Positions 22,037 to 30,162 of a stretch of DNA of 30,162 nt are shown here, in pieces (position 1 is the stretch's first letter; each line of letters opens with the position of its first letter). A program made the position numbers and the translations under genes. The stretch is from Octopus sinensis (lineage: Eukaryota). The notes beneath the pieces are model-generated. The model was not told the DNA's origin. It ran no database searches and saw only the letters and a program-made list of their open reading frames with translations. The stretch spans positions 1 through 30,162 of the forward strand of contig NW_021832518.1 of assembly GCF_006345805.1 (NCBI RefSeq), in the 5' to 3' direction.

Positions 22037-22454
22037 TATGAATTTGTGGTAAAACATTTTACCTTTGCCCATATAATACAGTAAGTGAATTAATTGCATC
22101 GCAATTATTAACATTTATGTATTAACTTTGTTGGGTACTTTACTAGCGGTAGATTGGATATATGTTATCCCATGGAGGGTTGCATTTACAACCCCTATCT
22201 CAATTTGTATATATATTATATATATATATACATATATATATCGTCAGTAGTTCATATATCTAAAACATAAACATGCACTAAATCATTAGAGCGGTAATAT
22301 ACTTTTTTCTGAAGTTGAAAGTTATGGCTTGTCGTGTAAGACAGTTAAAACTGCCTCACCTAAAAAAAATTTTAAAAAACAAACAAAAGAAAGTCTTAAA
22401 CCTTCTGGAATGTACTTTTAACTTTCTGAATATCTTGCAAGCTAGATAACTCGG

Positions 22455-22559
<105 letters not shown>

Positions 22560-22604
22560 GTCTGTCTGTTTATCCATCCATCTGTCTGTCTATCTATCCA
22601 TCAA

Positions 22605-22640
<36 letters not shown>

Positions 22641-22670
22641 TAAATACACACATATATATAGAGAGAGGCA

Positions 22671-22724
<54 letters not shown>

Positions 22725-22893
22725 AATAGATATATAGGTACATACATACATTAATATATATACATAATGCGATGGGAAAATTATCGCCATTATATATTTT
22801 TTATTTCAAGCATGCGCATTGCTTGTTTTGGATTTTGTCGACTACACGGTAGAGTAGGGTCAGTTCGGCACCGTTTCTGAGAAAAACAATACC

Positions 22894-23465
22894 ATGAGGC
22901 AATTCACTCTGGCAGAAATTTGGAAACGACATGCTGTACTGATTGGCAGTCATGCTGGAAGCTCCAATACGAACATTTCAGAGTGTTTGGGTATCAATGT
23001 GACGACAGAGTAATCTAAGACATTTACAGTGAGTGGTAAAGATCAAACATCCGGTCAACATCATGGTGTTTGGAGTGATCACTAGTGATGGCGACGTTAT
23101 GCCTCCATTCATCATCCCACACGGCCTTATACTCAACACGGAGGCCTTCATCAAGTGCCTGGAGGAGGTAGGACTGCACTGGGGGTAGAGGGTGGCTGCT
23201 GGAAGACCCTACGTCTGGCAATAGGATCTGCACTACACCACACCAGCAGGAGAACCCAGTTATGACTGTCCAACAATTTCTGCGACCACATCTCCCCTAA
23301 CATCTGGCCCAGACTGCAATTCTCTTGATTATTATGTGTGGGGCACAGTTGAGCGAGAAACCATCAAGACTCCTTGTAACACCAAAGATGAACTGAAGGC
23401 AGCTTTATGGCAGCATTCACCAACTTAAACAAGGAGACCGTCCAGAAAAGTTGCAGGAGATTCTA
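22894..23465 (+). pseudogene. Decayed Tc1/mariner-superfamily transposase, DD37D (maT)-like, internally deleted
   Basis: N-terminus MRQFTLAEIWKRHAVLIG..NISECLGIN, then KHPVNIMVFGVITSDGDVMPPFI..RPYVWQ*D..HTSRRTQ..NIW/PDCNSLDYYVWGTVER with frameshifts and stops. Confidence 0.88.
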
Positions 23466-23529
23466 TACAATATCTGTACACCACTTCAAACATTCTATAC
23501 ACACATACATACGCGCGCGCCCCCACATA

Positions 23530-23690
23530 TATGACGGGCTTCTCTCAGTTTCCATCTACTAAATCCACTCACAATCCTCTGGTCGGTCCGAGGCTATTAA
23601 GACACTTGCCCAAGATGTCACACAGTGAGATTGAACCCAGAACCATACGGCTAGGAAAGCAAGCTTCTTATCACACAACCACGCCTGCGC
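23530..23690 (-). mobile_element. SINE family C, 5' part, diverged
   Basis: CAGTTTCCATCTACTAAATCCACTCACAA..GACACTTGCCCAAG..GAACCCAGAACCAT. Confidence 0.8.
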
Positions 23691-23768
23691 TGATCTCGTA
23701 AATTTTATACAAACAAATCTTATAAGACTTCTATGGGCCATAAGGACCTCGGTTGAGAACCACAAATT

Positions 23769-24101
23769 TACAGGGACAGAATTTCAAACTCTGAAGTCTT
23801 GAGAAGAGCCAACCTGCGCAGCCTGCTGGAGATTATGGCAGAACGAAAGAGTGAGATTTTCAGGCCATGCTTTTCGGCTGCCAGAAGGACGAATACCCAA
23901 GAAAGCTGTACAGTGAATACCACCAGAAGGACGAAGAAAGAGAGGGAGAGATCCAAGAAGACTTGGTGCGCCCCTTTCAAAGAAGAACCGAAGCAATTTA
24001 GCATCACCTGTGAAGGTGCTGGCGACTATGCTTAAAACTGGGATTATTGGGGACATCTCGCTGTTCAGGCCGACTGTAAGGGAGGAACTAAAACTAAAAC
24101 T
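23769..24101 (+). mobile_element. Decayed RTE-type LINE 3' end
   Basis: YRDRISNSEVLRRANL..IMAERK/RFSGHAFRLPEGRIPKKAV..PEGRRKR/RSKKTW with frameshifts. Short (AACTAA)n tail. Confidence 0.82.
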
Positions 24102-24536
24102 CGTCATCTCCATCATTTTAATTCAATAATGATATGCTTAAAAATTTACACGTCTCTGACGGTTTGATTTGACGATGTATCTTGGTTATGTGATTTGCAC
24201 TTGGCAATTAATAATCACTTTATGTTCATGAAATGTACGTAAGATACCGTAACTGAATACCTTGTAAACAAACTCATAGGTTTTGTTTTGTTTTGCTACC
24301 TACATATACCCTATGTAATCCGGATTTTATAACAGAGTATACAATTACAATACATGAAAGGGAATAGGCCTGCAGTCCAACATACAGGTTATTTGTCTCG
24401 TGGTTTAAGGTTTCAAATGCATTGGACAAATATAATATTATATAACACACACACACAAACACACACGCATACACGATCGCGAGCATACACACATTTGTTC
24501 ACATGTGTGTATATATGTTCTAATATCTGCATACAT

Positions 24537-24567
<31 letters not shown>

Positions 24568-24573
<6 letters not shown>

Positions 24574-24945
24574 GGTAAGTCAAAATCAATATTCACGTTT
24601 GTTTTTTTTTTGGGGGGGGGATTTCTCAAATCAATAGTAGAGGTTCAACTATTACATGATTACCGTTTTCGATCTTGTTTTTTCGATCGGCGAAAAAGGT
24701 CTTCGGCCGGTCAAGCCGAAGAACTTGGTAGCAAATTTGCGAAGAACTTTGATGTTTTGCAAACAACTTGCACATGCAAGTGCTACCAGTCGAAAGCTCC
24801 GCATACCGGAAGCCAGCAAGTGTATGGGGTCATCAGGAGAGAATGCGCGCCGTTTCAGGATCTAACTCTAGACGGCATCAATGCGCACCGAGCCTCCTCA
24901 CTGATATTAAGGCCCCGCTTGCTAGATCAACTGGTTATCAAATAA
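24568..24945 (+). mobile_element. Highly decayed mariner-like element (left end plus transposase remnants)
   Basis: Starts TACGAGGGTAAGTCAAAA (mariner-type terminus after TA). Remnant peptides FDVLQTT, YRKPASVW, ENARRFRI, CAPSLL and LLDQLVI recall the WVPHEL..C.SLL..FLD.IVT region. Confidence 0.45.
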
Positions 24946-25122
24946 AACTCAATATTCTTCTTGCCATCGCTCATCGTCTCTTTTAAACCGAATCCAGTGG
25001 CTAGCCTTTTCCACTGTAGTTTGGATATCGGTCATGGTGGTATCTACTTTATGATGAGTTGGGCCTAACGATTTTACCCTTAAATTTAAGTGAGATATAT
25101 ATAAATATATCTTTTGAGATAC

Positions 25123-25371
25123 TCTTACTCTTTAATCTTTTACTTGTTTCAGTCATTTGACTGCGGCCATGCTGGAGCACCGCCTTTAATCGAGCAACTT
25201 GACCCCGGGACTTATTCTTTTGTAAGCCCAGTACTTATTCTATCGGTCTGTTTTGCCGAACCGCTAAGTGACGGGGACATAAACACACCAGCATCGGTTG
25301 TCAAGCAAGGCTAGAGGGACAAACACAGACACACAAACACACACATATACACATACATATATATATATACA
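25123..25371 (-). mobile_element. SINE family C 3' half (inverted duplicate of 25969-26213)
   Basis: Reverse complement of the downstream copy, including its 3' flank. Confidence 0.9.
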
Positions 25372-25507
25372 GTCGCTTGACACTGTGTCCAACAAACCCT
25401 CTACATCCGACTTCGATCGGAAAATGCTCCGCTTTCCAGCCTGCGTCTTCACATTCCTCGAAGTGGTTTACATAACGGTCAGTCTTTCGAGCATTAACAG
25501 CTTCGTT
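25370..25507 (-). pseudogene. Fragment of the restriction-like endonuclease region of an RLE non-LTR retrotransposon (HERO-like)
   Basis: NARKTDRY..EECEDAGWKAEHFPIEVGCRGFVGHSVKRL matches the RK..KY...GW...P.EVG.RGF motif. Confidence 0.75.
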
Positions 25508-25807
25508 TCTGACTTTAGAATTTCGGCCTGTGAAGAATACAAACCTTACGTATGATCTTGATCTATAATATATAAATATACTGAACCACAAATGAGACGT
25601 TGCACTGTAAAAGATTATGTTTCCCTCACGATATTGAGATCATACGGATTTTATTACATTTCTAGGTAATCTGACATCAGGAAGATGTCACTGACCCACA
25701 ACGCCACTCTCTTTTGAAAACACAAGGATTGCATGTAGGGTTCGAACTCTCTCACTTTTCGTGAATACGGTAATGCTCGCGAGCGCATCTTTAGGAAAAG
25801 ATATATT

Positions 25808-26213
25808 TGTGGCTGTGTGGTAAGTAACTTGTTTACCAACCACATGGTTCCGGGTTCAGTCCCACTGCGTAGCACCTTGGGCAAGTGTCTTCTACTATAG
25901 CCTCAGGCCGGCCAAAGCCTTGTGAGTGGATTTGGTAGACGGAAACTGAAAGAAGCCCGTCGTATATATGTATATATATATGTATGTGTATGTGTGTGTG
26001 TTTGTGTGTCTGTGTTTGTCCCTCTAGCATTGCTTGACAACCGATGCTGGTGTGTTTATGTCCCCGTCACTTAGCGGTTCGGCAAAAGAGACCGATAGAA
26101 TAAGTACTGGGCTTACAAAGAATAAGTCCCGGGGTCGAGTTGCTCGATTAAAGGCGGTGCTCCGGCATGGCCGCAGTCAAATGACTGAAACAAGTAAAAG
26201 AGTAAAGAGTAAG
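25808..26213 (+). mobile_element. SINE family C, near full length
   Basis: GTGGCTGTGTGGTAAG head, CCTTGGGCAAGTGTCTT and (AGAGTAA)n tail. Confidence 0.9.
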
Positions 26214-26430
26214 AGTATCTCAAAAGATATATTTATATATATCTCACTTAAATTTAAGGGTAAAATCTATATAAGATTTTATCAAGTAGCCAGGGGGTAA
26301 ACCAATTAAGGTAAAAATTAACACGAAATATATAATTTTATATATATAAAATTATAGTAAGGGCAATTACGAGAGGTAATGCCACATGCTGGAATAAGAC
26401 ACCAATGGTCCTAATCTACTTTATCAAATA

Positions 26431-26828
26431 CTAGCAGTATCGCCCGGCGTTGCTCGGGGTTGTAAGGGAAATAACTATATAAACATTTTTAGAGAGTTAT
26501 AGCCAAAAAATAGAAAAAAAATGCATTAAAATGGAAAAAAAAAATGATGGTAAATTTTTTAAAAATCGTTGACTCATCTTAGACATTTTTAGAGAGTTAC
26601 TTCCCTTATATAATAGCGAAAAAATGCATTAAAATGGAAAAAAATGATGGTAAATTTTTTTTTAAATCGTAGACTCATCGTAGACGCGCGCTAATACCCA
26701 GAAGGGCTCGATATGAATCACGACTATAAGATACCCGGTTTTGGTTAAACTGCACCGCAAAATGTGGGAGTAGTTAGGAATCTAAATCGTAGGAGACAGA
26801 CACACAACTTCACTTTTATATATAAAGC
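26431..26828 (-). mobile_element. Non-autonomous Helitron
   Basis: The minus strand ends in a hairpin CCCGAGCAACGCCGGG, 8 nt, then CTAG|T. The 5' end is CTTTATATATAAAAG (expected TC start changed to GC). Internal tandem duplication of about 100 bp. Confidence 0.85.
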
Positions 26829-26965
26829 TATACACGTGCTGAAATCGAGGGAATTCTTCTCTGGTGTTAACGGTTTTATTTCTTACTAAGGGCTTTCTTT
26901 TCAAACCTTACAAAAGATCATGATCCCTCGATCAATTCTGCTATCCGTTATTTTTTTCTTCTATG

Positions 26966-27125
26966 TTTTACTTGTTTCAGTCATTAGACTGTGGCCATGC
27001 TGGGGCACCGCCTTGAAGAATGTTTCCTACTTATTTTTAAAGGCTGGTGCTTATCCTATCGGTCTCTTAAACTGAACCGTTAAATTACGGGGACGTAAAC
27101 ACACTAACATCGGTTGTCAAGCGGT
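26966..27125 (-). mobile_element. SINE family C, old 3' fragment
   Basis: TTTTACTTGTTTCAGTCATTAGACTGTGGCCATGCTGGGGCACCGCC. Confidence 0.75.
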
Positions 27126-27414
27126 AGTGGTGGTGGTGGTGGGGCAAATACACACACGAAGACTCACACACACACATACAAGCAGACACGCACACATACT
27201 CACACGTACGCATGCACACGCACACACACGCACGCACACACACGCACGCACACATATACATACACACGCGCACACACACGCACGCACACATAAACACGCA
27301 CACATACACGCACACACACACACAGACACCGCCCACCCTTAGCTATGCACGTGCCTTTGAATAAAAAGGAAGACTTATCTTTGCCAGCTTAGTAGACTGG
27401 GGCAATGATTGGAA

Positions 27415-28112
27415 AAACTGGCACTCCGTCGTTAACGACGACGAGAGTTTCCATTGATCCAATAAACTGAACAGCCTGCTCATGAAATTAGCATGCAAGT
27501 GGCTGAGTACTCCACAGACATACTCTTTACTCTTTTACTTGTTTCAGTCATTTGACTGCGACCATGCTGGAGCACCGCCTTTAGTCGAGCAAATCGACCC
27601 CGGAACTTATTCTTTGTAAGCCCAGTACTTATTCTATCGGTCTCTTTTACCGAACCGCTAAGTAACGGGGACGTAAACACACCAGCATCGGTTGTCAAGC
27701 AATGTTAGGGAGACAAACACAGACACACAAACACATACACACACATACATATATATATACATATATACTTTGGGCCTCTTTCAGTTTCCGTCTACCAAAT
27801 CGACTCACAAGGCTTTGGTCGACCCGAGGCTATAGAAGAAGACACTTGCCCAAGGTGCCACGCAGTGGGACTGAACCGAGAACCATGTGGTTGGTAAACA
27901 AGCTACTTACCACACAGCCACTACCCTTAACGTAGTTCTCAAGGAGATTCAGTGTGATGCAAATGCGACAAGGCTGGTCTCTTTGAAATACAGGTACGAC
28001 TCATTTTCGCCAGCTGAGTGGACTGGAGCCACATGAAATAAAGTGTCTTGCTCAAAGGACACATCGTGCCGCTGGGCACCGATCTCGCGATTTTACGATC
28101 GGGAGCCGAACG
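27415..28112 (-). mobile_element. SINE family A split by a nested family C insertion
   Basis: The family A body breaks at ...CCACAGACA (27520) and resumes at TACCCTTAACGTAGTTCTC (27922). Confidence 0.85.
27522..27922 (-). mobile_element. SINE family C nested in SINE A
   Basis: Full collinearity with 4826-5230. Confidence 0.9.
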
Positions 28113-28669
28113 TGTAAAAAATAAAATTACAAGATGTCAACAGATGTCAACGTTCGTGATGAATGGCTGTGATGCTCGCGGTCATTCAAGCGAGAACGAC
28201 AAATTGAAAATGTCATCGAGACAATCCCCCCTTGCTGCTGCTTCTGCCGCTGCTGCTGCTGCTGTTGTTGTTGTTGTTGTTGTTGCAGTTGCTGCTGCTG
28301 TTGCTGTTATCGGTTTATCTTTCTCTTTGTTGTAAGGGGCCGTATAGAATGTCGTCTCCGGTTTATCTTGCGATCTCTAATCTCGCTGATGGCGTAGCGA
28401 TATTATGATATGGCCATGTCATTTCGTTCGGTTCTGTCGTATCTGTTCTGTCGTGTGAACGTGTAATTGCGTGCGTGTAATGTATTCGTGTATGTGTGTG
28501 TGTGTGAGTGTATGTGTGTGTGTATACATATATGTATATATGTATATATATGTCTCCATGTGTATATATATGCATACATATATATCTCTGTATACACACA
28601 TATAGGTACAAGCACACGCATTATATATATATACACAGACACAAACATATGTACATATATGTATATTAC

Positions 28670-28701
<32 letters not shown>

Positions 28702-29384
28702 ATATATATATATATATATAACATCACATATATATAGGCAGTATATATATAGCATATATATTTACTGTAATATATATATACATATATATATACAGTATAT
28801 ATATATGCATATATATATGTATATATATATGTATGTATGTATATATATATATATATATTAGCATGTGTGTGTGGATGGGTTGTGTGTGTGTGTGTGTGTT
28901 GTATACATATACATTTACAAAGGTGATACATTTCACCTTTGCTACTCAGTTTTCCCGCTTAATTTTCACCTGAAAGAAAAGAAAACAACAACATCCAAAA
29001 CAGCTGTTTCACCGATGACATGGACAATAATCAGAACGATACTGACAAGCGCCTCAGCAATAACAACAACAACAACAACAACAACAATTGATGTAACCAC
29101 GACGACGGCAGCAGCATGAGGCACCACTACCACCACCACTACAACCACAGCAATAACAAGCACAAAACAACAATAGGCTCTACAGAAGTTTCTCTGTAGT
29201 TGACACATAAGTTTTGGTAAATAAAGGACGGAGACACATACATAAATACACGCACGCATGCATACACACGGATACATGGACACATACACACATGCATACA
29301 CACACACACATACACACACACACACACACACACGCACACACACACACACAAGTGAGCGCATAAGCTGCAAAATTATCACAGAAC

Positions 29385-29420
29385 TGTTACTCAGAGTTTC
29401 ACGCTCCCGTTCATCAGACA
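29385..29420 (-). ncRNA. Type I hammerhead ribozyme with intact catalytic core
   Basis: Minus strand: UGU-CUGAUGA-ACG(GGAG)CGU-GAAA-CUCUGAG-UA-ACA. Stem I extends via AUCACA/UGUGAU, and a 15-bp perfect inverted repeat (29366-29380/29438-29452) flanks the motif. Predicted cleavage after GUA, between 29388 and 29387. Confidence 0.82.
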
Positions 29421-29476
29421 TTGTGATGAATCAGAGGTGTGATAATTTTGCATCTTTTAATGTATGTATATATATA

Positions 29477-29555
<79 letters not shown>

Positions 29556-29639
29556 ATGTGTATATATATATATAGTTATATTATATATATAAATTTATAT
29601 ACATATAAATATATGTATGTATATATATATATATACATT

Positions 29640-29687
<48 letters not shown>

Positions 29688-29735
29688 GATATATATATAC
29701 TAATATATGTATTATATACATAAAATATATCTCTG

Positions 29736-29772
<37 letters not shown>

Positions 29773-29865
29773 TTATCTATATATATATCTATCTATCTTT
29801 ATTAAACACTAACGTACGCACAAACAGAATACATAACATGCTTATATATATATATATATAATATA

Positions 29866-29906
<41 letters not shown>

Positions 29907-29974
29907 TTATATATATATATATAATATATATATATATATTATATATATATTATATATAGTTATCAGTAATAATA

Positions 29975-30162
29975 TAGGGTGAAATTAATTAATTGGAATA
30001 ATCATTAATTTCACCAAGTAGATTTCGGCATTGTAAAGCCCCATTTGAGGAAAGTTTAAGAAGTAAGTAAATACTAAGTAATTAATGGTTAGCAACGATT
30101 GCCCACACCACACACCGAATTTAGAAATAGCAGTCAAAGAGTTATAGCTATTCTTTCTACTA
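29975..30162 (+). repeat. AT-rich interspersed module related to 21660-21860
   Basis: Shares GGGTRAAATTAATTAATT..AATTTCACCAAGTA..CCATTTRAG with 21667-21732. TTAGAAATAGCAGYCAA occurs inverted at about 21845-21861. Confidence 0.55.

Overview
AT-rich, repeat-saturated non-coding eukaryotic DNA, most likely from an octopus (inferred from the SINE families and the microsatellite load). No host protein-coding gene can be supported, and nearly all long ORFs in the track are translations of microsatellites. The window holds about 20 copies of four short retroposon families (called A-D here), two RTE-type LINE 3' ends, a fragment of a restriction-like-endonuclease (HERO-type) LINE, a decayed DD37D/maT transposase, mariner- and hAT-type MITEs, a non-autonomous Helitron and several minisatellites. 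The most interesting signal is a set of short non-coding modules wedged between (TA)n/(CA)n tracts. They carry (i) minimal type I hammerhead-ribozyme motifs, one with a fully intact core on the minus strand at 29385-29420 plus degenerate or partial copies at about 7955, 8122, 18510 and 21467, and (ii) perfect or near-perfect fold-back inverted repeats (109-bp perfect arms at 10770-10989, others at 7503-7870, 21736-21919, 21961-22036 and 25070-26267). Together these suggest a non-autonomous Penelope-like/retrozyme system that targets microsatellites.
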